Shown: in pieces, positions 32,784 to 46,710 of the stretch
How the letters are laid out: each line of letters opens with the position of its first letter
How positions within the stretch are numbered: position 1 is the stretch's first letter
DNA from: Paraspadella gotoi
Lineage: Eukaryota; Animalia; Chaetognatha
Direction of reading: 5' to 3'
DNA: 64,000 nucleotides
Assembly: GCA_051294375.1 (NCBI GenBank)
Contig: CM119269.1
Span: forward strand, 4,193,401 to 4,257,400
Notes under the pieces: model-generated
Told to the model about the DNA's origin: nothing
Seen by the model: the letters and a program-made list of their open reading frames with translations, nothing else
Database searches by the model: none
Translations under genes and position numbers: made by a program

Positions 32784-33171
32784 CTCGCCTTTATCGCTTT
32801 CTTTTCTCTCGGTTCTTCTCTCTCCTTTTATTGTTTTTTCGCGTATTATCAATTTTCCTATTTTCTCTTCCCTCCCATTCTTGTCTTTTTATTGCCTCTA
32901 ATTCTCTTTTCTTCTTTGCGTCTGAAAAACGAGAGGGTGAGAGAGAGAGAGAGAGAGAGAGAGAAGAGAGACGAGAGAGAGAGAGAGAGAGAGAGGAGAG
33001 AAGGAGAGAGAGAGAGAGACCGCTTTCCTCCTTTTTGCGCCGCCGTCTCGTTTTCCTCCACTTAACTCCTTTTTCTTCCGACTCGAAACTTCTCCCTCCT
33101 AAATCTCATGTCTCTCTCTTACGCACCGACGGAAAACTTCATAAGAAAACGAGATTAATTAGACTCTCTCT

Positions 33172-33233
<62 letters not shown>

Positions 33234-33616
33234 TCTCTCTCTCTCTCTCTAACTCTCTGATGACTCGCACACCAGCATCAGTAACTACCTAATGCGAGCG
33301 AAATCACCGACTATCACGAAAAAGACGCTTACTATCTGATTCATCTATTTCCGTACCTAGACTTGAATCCAACTCCTCCATTCTCCTCTTCCAGCTCAAG
33401 CTAACACTAGAATATCTCGAACCTGAGCAACGATGACACCTCAATATTATACGTCTACATTTGAGCTGCCATTTTTTATTTTCCTTCTAACTAACTCGAG
33501 CTCATAGCTGCTAACTAATACCGATCGCCGGAGACCGGTTTTAACGTGCGAGTCGAACGACCCTCCTCTTTTCTTATTTTCCTCTTTTCCTCCTTATTTC
33601 CCTACAATTATTCCTG

Positions 33617-33652
<36 letters not shown>

Positions 33653-33833
33653 AGGGAGAGTAAATGGCAAAATCTATTGAATCAGTTACTAAAATAAAGT
33701 GTGTGTCGATCGAAATGACTGATAAATAATTTTCGTCTCAAAATCCCATTAAATTTAACAACTTTTTTCCCCCCTCTTTTCCTTTCTCTCTTTTTTTCCC
33801 ATTCGCCTTCAAAAGAATTCCTCGGATTCTGAG

Positions 33834-34194
33834 ATGCAGCAGCCGCCGCAACAACAAAATCACCAGCCGCCGCAGCCGCAGCCGCAGCAGAGAAAAGACT
33901 CTCGTCGCGGCGTCGTAAACAAATCCGGCGTCGCGACTTCAACGACGACGACGACGACGACGAAAACGACGACGCCGCCCGTCGCCGTAACGGGGTCATC
34001 GCCTCTAGTCGGCGCCCCTGTCGACGCCGTCGTCGTCGCCGGCGCCAAACGAGACGCCGCTACAGAGACGTCGACGCCGCCGGAAGCGTCGGCGACGCCC
34101 GCCACGCCCAACAACGCCGGCCCATGCGAACCCGGCACGGCCGTGCGCCTCGAGGGCACGGTCTGGCACGAACTCCAATCCGCCGACGGCGGAG
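33834..34194 (+). CDS. ZNF608: ZNF608-like exon (MQQPP...[18 protein letters not shown])
   Basis: ATG at 33834; in-frame acceptor possible at 33815 after a pyrimidine tract; donor G|gtgagc at 34195. Confidence 0.85.
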
Positions 34195-37100
34195 GTGAGC
34201 AGAGTAAGGACTTTTTTAAGACTCTCCTTTCTTTGGTAGACTTACCTTCTTTCCTTTTTTATTTCCTTGATAGACTTACTTACCTTTGTTATGTCGGTCT
34301 TTACTTTATTTTAAATTCCGTTTGCCATGGGAATTTGTAAAACCTTTTAGGATATTTAAAAGAGATAATTGAAAAATATGAGAGTTATTTAAAAACATGA
34401 TAGACGTCATTTAATAAGTTTTGTTTTATATAATCTTCGAGACTTCTCCGTTTTTATTTTAAAATCTAGTTAAGCATGTCTGTTCTTATAATCTTATAAT
34501 CTTATAATCAGGCCGAACATTTTATTACTTATTCTTATCTCCAAAATTTTCCTTGCATGTCATCGTTCTTATTTACATACATAGTATAATTAGTATATAT
34601 ATATGAAAATTTTTTTTCGGTTCAAAGTATAAACATTTATATTTTGTTGCTGTTTCTCGAAAGGTCTGTTGGTGGTAAACGTGACCTGGCGCGGGAAAAC
34701 CTTCGTCGGAACTCTGATGGACGCGACAAGACACGACTGGGCGCCGCCAAGGTACAGTTGAAATCAAATATACTTGTTATATATATGTTTTTAATAACTA
34801 ACAAAAAAACAAAAGGAAGGTTTTCCTAAAACCCCCAACTCTTCCCTTTTCTTCCCATTCAGATTCTGCGACTCTCCCGTCCTCAGCGACAACGAAACAA
34901 AAGGGAATCGACGAGGCGGCGCCAAGAAAAGCAAAAGAGACGCCGGCGACGCCAAAGAGGGAAAACTGCGGAACGGAAAAGGGCGCCGCGTGCCGAAGAC
35001 GCCGCCCGCCAGTCCGGCGCGGAGCGAGGTAACGGGAGGCGTGAATGACTCGGTGACTCGGTCCTTTGTGATTTAGCGATGGAGTCTTTATTTGTCCTTT
35101 TTCTCTTCCTCGACCCCCAGGCCCCTGAATCCAAGAAACGCAAAGGGCGCCAGACTCAAGACAGCGAGGGCGACGCCGACGCCGCCGCTTCTGTCCCCGG
35201 CGCTAAATCCACAGGCGGCGGCGCCGGAAAACGTGGACGAGGCAACTCGAACAGCAAAGACTCTAAAGAAGTGGCTCCCTTGTCCGGCGCCAAAGACTCT
35301 GCCTCGACGAAATCGGCGACGACGCCTTCGAAAAAAGACGCCGGATCGAACGGCGCCAGCGGCGTCGCCGGGCCGGAGAAGCCGACGCCGAATTCGCCTC
35401 CGCACATCGAATGTCCTGAACCGAACTGCGATAAAAAGTATAAACACATCAACGGCCTGAAATATCATCAGACTCATCATCACGCTCAGTCGGCGTTGTC
35501 GTCGTCGTCCTCATCCTCTTCCTCGTCCTCCCCGCCGCTGAACAACAACACGAATAACAACAACAACAATTCCGCTTCGTCCGCGACGACTACGACGACG
35601 ACGACAACGACGACGACGACGACCAAAGTTGAGCCCGATGACGTTTTGGTCAAACGAGAGACGGCGATCGAAGAATCGAAAAAGTTGACGCCGGAAGACG
35701 TCAAAAGATTGACGCCACGCCCACTTCCGGTCGCCGACGTTAAGACGACCGTTAAACCTCCTTCGCCGTTTCCGCCGCTTCATTCCGCCGCCGCCGCCGC
35801 CGCCACGGCCGCCGCCTGCGTCAACAACGTCGCTAGTCACCTCGCTCAACAAGACGCCGTTCAAAAGGGCGCAGTTCCAGTCAAAGGCTTCGCCGACGGC
35901 GTTTCCGGCAAACCGACGCATCCCGGCCACTCTGTTCCGGTCAATTCGATCGCGCCGCCAAAGACGTCGGCTGCGACGTCGACGTCTTTGCCTCTTCACC
36001 CAATCATCGCTTCCGCCGCCGCAGCCGCCGCCGCGGTCGCCGCCTCCGCCGCCGCACAGGCTGTCTCCCACGAACTAGAAGAAAGCCTCAAGCCGATCGT
36101 CCCCGTCCTGCCCCTGCTGCAAACGCCTCCCCGCCAATCAGCGCCTTCCTCGCATCCGCCGCCGCCTCCCGCCTCTAGAGCGGAAGCCAAGCCGGGCCTC
36201 CAATCGTCCGTCAACACCGTCATCAATGGCGCTCTGCCGTCGCCGCATCCCGGCGCCCAAGTCTTGGCGCTTTCGACAGGCATTTCCGGCGTCGTCCAGC
36301 GCTTGAGCGACGCTCAATCTGGAGGATCTTGGATTACGACGCGAGATTCGCCGCAAGGAGGCGCGGCGGCGCAGCCCAATCATCATCATCATCATCACCA
36401 TCGCGGCGGCGGCGCGTCGACGCCGTCGGACCGCCAAGGCGCCAATGGATCGGCGCCACCGACCTCGCAACATCATAATCACCATCATCATCATCATCAT
36501 CACCATCATCGAGAGGGTTCAGTCGTCAACGCGACCAAGACTTTCTTTCCACCGGTGCAAATTCCCGACGCGGCGCCGCCAGCCTCCGTTTCGCACCAGG
36601 CGTCGTCGGAGAGCGCCGCTTCACATCCCAGCGTCGTCTACGGTGGCGTAGGTGGCGCAACCTCGTCGTCAAAAGCTGTGACTGTGACGGCAACGGTGAT
36701 CACGCCACCCGTCGGTCATCCTCAAAACGACAAACCCGCGCCCGCGGGAAAGAGGGCGCTCAAAGATGCGGCCGGAGCCGCCGCCGTCGCGGCAGCGGCT
36801 GCCGCCAAAAAGCGTCAGCACAGCGGCGCCGCCGGCGGTCACAAGGGATTCGAGGCGCTGGCCTCGCAGTTGGCGCCGATCACGACGCAACAACCGTTGA
36901 CTCAAGCGGCGCCGCTAAACATGAAGCCCATCCAACCCAAGCCGGTCGTGCTCGGCGACGGCGGCGTCGGCGGCGTGGGGAACGGCGTCCCCGAGAAGAA
37001 GCCTAAGCCAAAGAAGAAGAAGCGTGAAGGAGAGACGAGCGCACTGAGCCCCGGCGGGGCACCCGGGGCTGTCCTTGGCCCGTCGGGGGCGCCTTCGCCC

Positions 37101-37955
37101 GTGCCGCTCAGTCCCGCCAGCCAAAGTCTTTCCGCAAAGTCGCTCAACGCTTCGTCGCCAGTTGGTGAGTTGTCGAGTGGGAGGGGGGGGGTTGTGTGGT
37201 TCGTGACTATTAGTAACTTTTCTATTCCTAATCTTCAACGAAATGACGTAACGGCGCTGTGAATTTTTGATATTGTGATATTGTGATATTTACCTAACTT
37301 ATTCTCATGTCTACATTAATTCAATTCAATTTTCACATTCTCAAATTACGATCGTCCTCCCTTCCCCAATTTTTCTCCAGCTCATTCGCCGCGTCCCTCC
37401 GTATCCCCATCTGGCGTCGGGGTTTCGTTAACACCCCCCGCGGCTCACAGCGGACCCGCCACCTCACCTTACCCCCTCGGGCACGCCCTCCACCCCCACC
37501 ATCCCGAAGATAAAAGGGAGAGGGTCAGCCCTCATTTCGGCGACGGAGGGGACAACGATCCTGACCTGAAGGACCCTCGGGGTCAGGAGGCCAGAATAAA
37601 GGGTGAGTTAAGAGTCAGGAGATAAAGTCCATTCGCGTGAAGTTTATGTGAAAAAATTATTTAAATTTGTCTACTTACTTAAATGTTATCACAAACCATC
37701 TTTTTTTCAATCAGGAAAATCGCCCGGTACGGCTCCGCCCGGGAGCTACCTGCCCTCGCCTTACGCCGCCTACGGTCAATACGGACAGTACAGGGGCTAC
37801 CCCGGATTTCCGAGCTACCCTCACATGAGTCACAATCAGGTTAAACCAATAGTTTCTCACGGTAATCCTGAAAAAAAAAAATATTTAAAAAACAATCATC
37901 AGTTCGTAAGTCACTAAAAACGAAAGCGATAAAGTAATGAATCATTTAGCTCATA

Positions 37956-38053
<98 letters not shown>

Positions 38054-39150
38054 TAATTACATTTCATTCTATAAAAAAAATCGTTATTCAATTGATAAAT
38101 TCCGCTCTCTTACAGGATAAGAAAGACGGCGAGCAACTCCGCGCCAAAGATCTCTCGCTCGGCGCCGCCAACAAACCCTTGGACCTGGAGAAAAAACGTG
38201 ACGCCGCGCAGACGACGCCGTCCACGACCTCTCGACTCTCAGCGCCGCCGGATGTCAAACCGGTGCCGGGAGATAATCTAAGATTTGGCGTCGTCGGCGC
38301 CGCGTCCAATCCGGCGTCGCCCTACTCCACCGGCGCTCTTACGGGCACGCCCTCGCCCGGCAAAGACGGCGCAAAACTGAAAAAAGACGCCGCAGTTTCG
38401 AGTTCGGCCCCGTCGACGCCCGGAAGGGGCGCCGCCGGTTCCAGCCCTCCTTCGCCTTCCATCGCCGTCACGCCTTCAAAAAGCGCCGCCGCGGCCGGCG
38501 CCGGCGTCGCTTCCTTCGCGCCGTTTACGCCGCCGATCTCGTCTTCGGCAGCGGCGGCGGCGGCTTCATTTTTGCCCCCGTCCTATCCTCATCTTGGCGC
38601 CGCGGGAATTTCTTTCGACGCCGCGCATCCTCTGTACCGAAGCGGCGCTCTCTCTGCTCATCTTCAGTACCTGACAGCCGCCGGCGCCGCCGCCTCTCCG
38701 TTCCTGACTCCGCCAGGATTGGCCCATCTATACGGGGCACCAGGCGCCGCCGTCAGCCCATCCTCCGGCGACAAGGGGCCGAGAATCTCGGCCGTACCCG
38801 GAGCGGCCAACGGTCCCACTCACGCCTCCAGCCCAACGGCGGCGCTGGAAAAGAACGCGTCGACCCCGCTGACGGCGCCCAACGGCGCCAAGGCGCTCGA
38901 TCAACTCAAACATCACGCCGCCAGACTGGAGTCGCCCGACTTCGCCGCCGCCGCGGCAGCCGCGGCAGCAGCCGCCTCCGTCGCTCCTCCGCCGCCCAAG
39001 TCTCCCGCCGTGGCGCCGTCACCGCGCCCTCCATCGGCGCCTTCCCCATCCGTCGCTCGATCGCCGCTTCAACCTCCGACGCCAACCAGCGCCTTTCCCG
39101 GCGCTTTCTCAGTCATTCCCGGCGCCTACAGTCCCTTTCAGCTGCGGTGA
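33834..39150 (+). CDS. ZNF608: ZNF608/ZNF609/brakeless(scribbler)-family zinc-finger transcriptional co-regulator, 7 coding exons, ~1346 aa; may have further 5' exons
   Basis: Exons 33834-34194, 34664-34751, 34863-35028, 35121-37164, 37381-37602, 37715-37839, 38116-39150 have GT-AG boundaries and sum to 4041 nt in frame. The splice yields family motifs [53 protein letters not shown], the single C2H2 finger [31 protein letters not shown] and [10 protein letters not shown]. The symbol is family level; an invertebrate gene would be co-orthologous to ZNF608 and ZNF609. Confidence 0.92.
34664..34751 (+). CDS. ZNF608: ZNF608-like exon ([29 protein letters not shown])
   Basis: aag| acceptor and |gtacag donor; highly conserved family motif not shown by the ORF track. 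Confidence 0.92.
34863..35028 (+). CDS. ZNF608: ZNF608-like exon (FCDSP...LRNGKGRR...PASP)
   Basis: cag| acceptor and |gtaacg donor; continues WAPPR into FCDSP. Confidence 0.88.
35121..37164 (+). CDS. ZNF608: ZNF608-like large exon with the C2H2 finger and poly-S/N/T/A/H tracts
   Basis: Inside ORF 35079-37262; cccag| acceptor and |gtgagt donor. Confidence 0.9.
37381..37602 (+). CDS. ZNF608: ZNF608-like exon (HSPRPSV...[15 protein letters not shown])
   Basis: ttttctccag| acceptor, |gtgagt donor, open in phase 1-1. Confidence 0.8.
37715..37839 (+). CDS. ZNF608: ZNF608-like Tyr/Pro/Gly-rich exon
   Basis: tcag| acceptor, |gttaaa donor, phase 1-0. Confidence 0.78.
37955..38052 (+). repeat. (TTA)n microsatellite in a ZNF608-like intron
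   Basis: Direct reading. Confidence 0.95.
38116..39150 (+). CDS. ZNF608: ZNF608-like terminal exon ([14 protein letters not shown])
   Basis: tacag| acceptor; ORF 38092-39150 ends in TGA. Confidence 0.87.
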   Translation, partial: DKKDGEQLRAKDLSLGAANKPLDLEKKRDAAQTTPSTTSRLSAPPDVKPVPGDNLRFGVVGAASNPASPYSTGALTGTPSPGKDGAKLKKDAAVSSSAPSTPGRGAAGSSPPSPSIAVTPSKSAAAAGAGVASFAPFTPPISSSAAAAAASFLPPSYPHLGAAGISFDAAHPLYRSGALSAHLQYLTAAGAAASPFLTPPGLAHLYGAPGAAVSPSSGDKGPRISAVPGAANGPTHASSPTAALEKNASTPLTAPNGAKALDQLKHHAARLESPDFAAAAAAAAAAASVAPPPPKSPAVAPSPRPPSAPSPSVARSPLQPPTPTSAFPGAFSVIPGAYSPFQLR

Positions 39151-41040
39151 ACGGGGCGCCGTCTGTGACCACGTCTCGAGAGATATGCCGCCCTTTCGTG
39201 GCCTCTTTTGACAAAAGAGCATCGTCCACTGGCCACGCTTTCCGTCACGAAGCGACAGAGAGAAGATTATTCGTCGATTATCGTTTAATTATTATTTTAA
39301 TTATTAATATTATTCCGATGATACGTAGTAGAGCGATCCACACAAGATATTTTGTTTTTCTCTTAAACTCGTGTTTTTCTTTCTATCTCCCTCTTTCACA
39401 TCCTCTTTCCGCCTGTAGTGATCCCATTTATTCGTCCTGCCGAAAAAAAAAAAGAAAACAAATTAGAGGAAAGTTTCTTTTTTCTCTTTCTGTCTCACCC
39501 TTTCCCAACTGCCCAGTGCCCAGTGTCCCACTCACCAGTCGTTCAATTGATTTAGAATGAACGACTACGAACTATAATGAATGTTCTTCTCGATTCTCAA
39601 CTTTAAAAACAAACTCGATCCCTTCACAAAAGTTTCCCGCTTTTCGTTTTCTCGTTTCTATATCGTTTCTTTTTCACGACCCATCATGATTTGTGAGCAG
39701 CGATTTTCTTTCTTTCTCGAGTTTAGTTCTTTAGTGTAAAACGACTGCGACGATAACGACGACGACGAAGATGACGACGACGAAGATGACGACGACGAAG
39801 ATGATGACGACCTCCTACGACTAGTAGATAAACTAAAAAAAAAAAAATAACTTCAGTCGTATTTTCTAATCGACTTTACTTTTCGCGAATGAGTCAAAAT
39901 AATTTTAAAAAAAAGACTGATCCCATTTATTCAAAACTTAACCAGAAAAGTTCATTTTTTGCTCAACTATTTTGTTAATAATATAAACAAAAAGGCATCG
40001 AGTGCAGCGATCGAGTCGAAAAAGACTTTCTTTTTTTAAATTCCTTCTCTTCTTCACAGTCGTTGATTTAATTCGATCTTTCGATCTTTCTCTTTCCCAC
40101 CAAAAAAATATACTTCCGCTTTCAAAACAAAAAAACAAAAACAAAAAAAAACAAACAAACAAATGTAGTGGTGATCGCATGCAATTAGTTGCTAGTCTAT
40201 TCGTACTGACTCACAACCACAAAAACACAAAAACAAATATATATATACATTAAGAATATCGTTCTCCCTTTATTTTTCTGCTAATTAGAATGAATTTAAT
40301 TTTTATTGAAAATAAACCAAATTTGTCGATAAATATATAATCTCGTTTATGAAAACCATAACATGTTTTCGTTAAAAATTCCGATCGAGCGAATCCGGAA
40401 AGGAGCCGAATAAATCAATATTAGACTAAATGCGAATCATAATAAAAAAAAGTTTCTTCGTTCAATTATATAAAAAACTTTGTTCAGCCACAGAGCCGCA
40501 TCAAGAGTTTGAGCTTGTTACTTTTTTCCTTTGCGTCGAAGCTTGTTCTATCTTTTCTTTTTGTTAAATAATCTAATGTATCGTTTTAGAGTCGTACATG
40601 TTAAACTTTATTCAAATGAGAATACATCATGGTTATCTATTTCCGTCCTGTTTATTTAACGAAATTATTAGCGAAGAAAAAACTATGTTGAACAAAATAA
40701 GTAGCTATCCAACATGAGTTTACTGATTAAAACAAAGTAAGAGTTACAACGACTATAACTCGTTCGTTCCAGCTCATTACAATTGAGTAAGCTTAACTTT
40801 TTTCCGCTATTTACAAACAGCATATGTAATATATATTATATTACCTATTGTATTATATATTTACCTATGTAACTTTTATTACTGACGACAAAATACAGAA
40901 GAGAGAGATGAGAGAGAGAGAGAGACGGAGAGAGATGAGAGAGGGAGAGAGAGGAGAGGATTGAATTGATTATTTAAGACGGGCTTGGGAGTTTGTCCCT
41001 AAAAGCTACAGAGAGAGAGAGCCCGTCTATGATTCCCCGA

Positions 41041-41535
41041 GCGCCACTTCCGGTTTCTGGAAAACAAACGCGACGAGTTTAGCGTCGAATCCGAACACAA
41101 AATCGGAGGAGAACAACGACAAGAACAACAATAACAACGAATCGTTGCTGTTGATTTTCACTGAGAGACTCGCCAACTGTTTTATCGCCGATCCGACATT
41201 TCGCGTCTTTACTCTTTCGCGAGGAACGAAATCACTTTTTGAAGGAAAAAACAAATATTTTGTTCTCATTTTCATGTCGTCTACGTAAGGTGTCGCGGTC
41301 ATTTAGGGGTCGTTGACATTTATACGTCAGCCAGTAACGCGATGCAACGAATATTCAATCTCCATTCGAGTGTTCATTTTCTTTTTCTCTCTCAATGACA
41401 TATAAACGATATTTTATATAAACCAATGACATTTCACGACGAGACTTTATTTCGTTTCTGCAGAGGTTGCTGCTGCGTCATTTCTCTCAGCGTCAATTTG
41501 CGCCACGGATTTTTGTTCTCTCTACGCCATCTTGA
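41041..41535. promoter_or_regulatory. Candidate housekeeping-type promoter (ETS and YY1 motifs)
   Basis: gcgccacttccggttt (rc CCGGAAGTGGCG) at 41041-41056; cgccatctt near 41525; donor-like ac|gtaagg near 41285. Confidence 0.3.
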
Positions 41536-41698
41536 TAGCTTTTTCCGTCGATGATTCGAAGAAAAAAAAAATAATATGCATTATTTTTTTCTTTTTTTTT
41601 CGTTTTATTGATTTAAATTATTCGTCCTCGTTGGAATCAATAATTTCGTTATTATTTTCAGTCTTATGGATTCGATAGAAAATTATTTGTGAATTCCT

Positions 41699-41743
<45 letters not shown>

Positions 41744-41822
41744 CTACTCTCTTCCTCTCGTCTCTCTCTCTCTTTTCCCCCTTCTTCCCTCCCCTCCCTC
41801 CCTCTCTCTCTCTCTCTCTGCA

Positions 41823-41869
<47 letters not shown>

Positions 41870-44800
41870 CCTTTCTTCCCCCTCTCTCCCGCCTCCCTTC
41901 CTTCCCTTCTACTCTCTCTCTCTTCAAAAAAAAACAAAAGCCTCGTTTCCCGACAAATAACGTTCTCCTGATTTTTTACGAACCAAAACAAAAAATCAAT
42001 CTTCAGCCAAAGAGAAAGAAAAAAGAAAAACTCGGCAAAAACTCTGTGGAGAAATTACAGACGAAAAGGAAAAAAAGAGAAAGAGAGGGCGTATAAGCCG
42101 TTGGAGAAGTAATAAAAGTAAAGAAGACGAAAAACAAAAGGCGCATGAATACAAGCTAAAAAAGATAAAAAAAATAAAAAACAAAAGGCATATATATAAA
42201 GAAAGAAAAGCGAAACACGCGAGAAAGGAGAAAAAAAAAAGATATTCAGTTTCCCTTCTCTTCGCTTTGTAGAATTTCCGTCCTTCCTCTCCTCTCATTT
42301 TTTATTTGGAGCGAGTGAAACAAACCATTACGGCCGCGGTTACATCCTCCGCCGCCGCAGCGGCGCAGCGTCAGCGGAGGTGGCTGCTTCACCTTGCAGC
42401 GCCCCCGCGTCGCGCCCCCGCCGCGCCCCCCTGCTGCACCCACGGAGTCGTTGCCGCGTAAAAGATCGTACATCATCGGCAGCTTGCCCGAGTCTTTAGT
42501 TTTTCAAGTGGTGAAGGGAAAGAGGAAAGGAGGAAAGTCTCCGCGGAGGAAAATGGAGGAAAAGGAAAGAGAGAGAGAAAGAAAAAGGGAAAAAAAGGAG
42601 GAAAATGAATGGAGGAAAAAATGGGAGGAAAAAAAAAAAGGAAATGTGGGTGATAAATTACGAATGAAGGAAAAAGAAAAAAGAAAAAAAAAAGAAAAAG
42701 AAAATCGAGAAAATTTGTAGAAAAAGTAAAAAAGTGAAATTGAGTTTAGAGGANNNNNNNNNNNNNNNNNNNNNNNNNNNNNNNNNNNNNNNNNNNNNNN
42801 NNNNNNNNNNNNNNNNNNNNNNNNNNNNNNNNNNNNNNNNNNNNNNNNNNNNNNNNNNNNNNNNNNNNNNNNNNNNNNNNNNNNNNNNNNNNNNNNNNNN
42901 NNNNAAAAAAAAAAGAAAAGGGAAACAAAAAACCGAGAAAAGTAAACGGAATAAAAGTTTATTTAAAGAAACGAAACAATAAGATAGGCGGCGGGTTTTA
43001 GTTAATACGAAGAAGAGAAACTACTGAGCAAAAAAGATCGATAATCAATGGCGCGACTAAAACATTTCTCTGTCTTATCATGTATCTTTTCTTTACTTTT
43101 CTATCCTTTTATTTTTTCTCTTTACCTTTTATTCTTTCATTTTTTTCTCTTCTTTTTTTTTTTCNNNNNNNNNNNNNNNNNNNNNNNNNNNNNNNNNNNN
43201 NNNNNNNNNNNNNNNNNNNNNNNNNNNNNNNNNNNNNNNNNNNNNNNNNNNNNNNNNNNNNNNNNNNNNNNNNNNNNNNNNNNNNNNNNNNNNNNNNNNN
43301 NNNNNNNNNNNNNNNNNNNNNNNNNNNNNNNNNNNNNNNNNNNNNNNNNNNNNNNNNNNNNNNNNNNNNNNNNNNNNNNNNNNNNNNNNNNNNNNNNNNT
43401 TTGCTTTTCGGTTCGATGTTTCGATGTTTTCATTTTTCTCCCCCCCCTCTACTCTACTGTACGAATATTCGTCAAATCGGAAAGAGACAAATTACAAATC
43501 GGCCGGCGACGAAGTAATATGGAAATTGAGAGGAAAATTAGAAAATTAATTCGATAAAAAGAAAGAAAAATGAAAAAAATAGGGGAGAAAAAAATCTCAT
43601 GAAGGAAGAAAACCGAAAAAAAAGTTGATAGTTGGATGAGGTGGACTGAGGAGGAGGAGGAGGAGGAAGAAGAGGAGGAGGAGGAGGAGGAAGAGAAGGA
43701 GGAAGAAGAGGAGGAAAAAAGGGAGTTCGTTCGTCTGAGGTTGGAAAAGGAATTTCTTCTTTTGAAAGGAAACGGGAAGAAAATGCAAATAAGAAGAAAA
43801 AAAAAGGTTTTTTCTCGCAGTTTTTCTTCTTCTTTTTCTTTTTCTTTTTCTTCTTTTTCTTTCTTTCTTTTTTTTTTCCTTCTCTTTCTTCTTCTCGATC
43901 TTATCCTGAAAGTTGATGAGTAAAAGTCAGAAAAATGTCTGGGAGATACTTTTTCTTCCGGCGCAGTTTGGATTCTGAAATGGAAAAAAGCATTTTGGCG
44001 AGCGAAGTTGAATATGATACGGAAGAAATATGGGCAGGGTCATGGGCCGGATGTGGCCACAAGTCGTTGTCAGGGGAATTAGGAAATTGGAACAATAAAG
44101 TTTACGTTTCATCTTTAATAAACTTAGATTTACAATGAAATACCGTCGTCTCTGCTGTTAAATAATAACAAAAATGAAACAAAATGGCGACGATGCTGAA
44201 GCTGATAACGAAACAATTAGTCACGAAATAAACGCCACCGCAAAAACGATAAATTGCGAAATAAAAAAAAAAAAGAAGAAAAAGAAAGAAGTGAAAAAGT
44301 GCAGGAAAAGCGGATTGAACAACAGCGGATAAGACAAATTGATGACGATACCGAAGAGAGAAAAANNNNNNNNNNNNNNNNNNNNNNNNNNNNNNNNNNN
44401 NNNNNNNNNNNNNNNNNNNNNNNNNNNNNNNNNNNNNNNNNNNNNNNNNNNNNNNNNNNNNNNNNNNNNNNNNNNNNNNNNNNNNNNNNNNNNNNNNNNN
44501 NNNNNNNNNNNNNNNNNNNNNNNNNNNNNNNNNNNNNNNNNNNNNNNNNNNNNNNNNNNNNNTTTTATAAGGTTCAGAAAAGGTTTTATATTGAGACAGA
44601 TCTGTTTTATAACTAAATTGTTTAAGTTTTTAAACGTTTTTATGGGATCATAATACGGAATTCCTTCCAACTAAATTTTCGCCAAATTAGATTCTTTTTT
44701 TCTCTNNNNNNNNNNNNNNNNNNNNNNNNNNNNNNNNNNNNNNNNNNNNNNNNNNNNNNNNNNNNNNNNNNNNNNCCTCCCGATCCGCAATCACGATCGT

Positions 44801-46673
44801 CTCGTAATCAGGTCCGCTGTTAATATCCCCTTAACAGACCATCGCATCCTCATCCATCACTCGGGGATCTCCTTTCACTTTTCACTCTCGCTACGTTCCC
44901 CTATTTCTCCGCCTCCCCTTTTCCTCCGCCCACCTTTCCTCCGGCCCCCTTTCCTCCGCCCCCCTTTCCTCCGCCCCCCTTTCCGGTTCTCGCGGTTGAT
45001 TCATCGTCTTCAGTTTGAAGAGAAGGAGACGTAAAACGAAGGAAAAATGATGATGTATAGAAAAAGAGGGAAGAAGGGAGGAAAGGAGAGAGAGAATAGG
45101 AGGAGGGAGGGAGGGGAAAAAAAAGGAGAAAGAGGAGAAAGACAGAGAAGGAAGGTAGGAAGAAGAGAAAGCCTCGGGTTCAATAATTTAGGAGAAAGAA
45201 AAGAAAGAGAAGAGAAACATAGAAAGATAAACGGAGAAATTTACAAGGAAAATAAGAGAAGAAAATGAAACACCAGAGTGAATGTATATTTATTGAATAG
45301 GCAAGAAAAGAAAGAGGATATGAGAAAGCAGAAAGGAAAGGCAATGGAGGAAAATAAATTATAAAAACAAACTTGTAGAAAAGATAAGAAATCGTAGTGA
45401 AATGAGGAAATCAAAGACAGAAAACGGAGAAAGAAAAAAAACACAACATGGGAAAAAAAAGAGGATGGAGGAAAGCCAATCGGCGGAGGAATCTGGAATC
45501 NNNNNNNNNNNNNNNNNNNNNNNNNNNNNNNNNNNNNNNNNNNNNNNNNNNNNNNNNNNNNNNNNNNNNNNNNNNNNNNNNNNNNNNNNNNNNNNNNNNN
45601 NNNNNNNNNNNNNNNNNNNNNNNNNNNNNNNNNNNNNNNNNNNNNNNNNNNNNNNNNNNNNNNNNNNNNNNNNNNNNNNNNNNNNNNNNNNNNNNNNNNN
45701 NNNNNNNNNNNNNNNNNNNNNNNNNNNNNNNNNNNNNNNNNNNNNNNNNNNNNNNNNNNNNNNNNNNNNNNNNNNNNNNNNNNNNNNNNAAAAGGAGATT
45801 AAAAAAATAAAAGGAGAATAAAAAGAAGAATAAATGAATAGAAGAGGAAACAATGAACTGGATGGCTCTAAGAAACGATATAAATTCGCTTCGCAAGAAA
45901 TTATAAACATTCGATGTTCTTTTATTCGGAATTTCTCGTCGTAATTCGTTCAGGATCTCCGTCCATTTTAGTTCTCGAATTTTCCGCCAGAGATTCGTTT
46001 TGTTGTAGTTGCTGTTGATGTCTCGTCGTTATCGTTTTACTTTTTTAAACCCGAATGTCGCCCATTTCAAAGTTTCTCTTGTCTCGGTTGGTGACGTATA
46101 TTTTGTTTTTCAAAAAATATATATATAAATCTAAAAAAGAAAAAAGAAAAAAACACCTAAAGTCTAAACGAGAAAAAATTCTAATAACTTCTTTTTTCTT
46201 CCATCGATTGAATCTGCCAATGAGACAATAAGACGACGAGCCAACGAGCCAATCAAAATCTTCCTCATGACGGCCTATATTCTCAATGCAATTGTTCAAC
46301 GAACGGACATAATACAACGAAGCTTTCTCTATAACGTAGAACCTTTATTTCACATCTCATCGGTTCTAATTCACAGACTGAATCTTTTCAATCTTCACAA
46401 CCTCACAGCTGATGTTCAGTTTTTCAGTCCACTTCTGTTTCGTCTCTCGTTCGAACTTCTTTTCTTTTCTCCTCGAGTTGCGCCGTCACGATCTCTCTCT
46501 CTCTCTCGCAGAGAGAGAACGAAGTAGATGCTTAGTATTGTCTCTCAAAGAGGAACTAAGGGCGACCTAAGTCACGTATTATATTATTTCGTTTGTTTAG
46601 TCACACGCTATCTGATTCCAGACGTGCTTTTATAATGGCCTCTATCTCTCTCCTCTCTCTCTCGTCTCATACT

Positions 46674-46710
<37 letters not shown>

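Noticed and set aside
43901-44138. Overlapping short ORFs in a unique island
   Set aside because: No recognisable homology or consistent splice sites, so strand and frame cannot be assigned.
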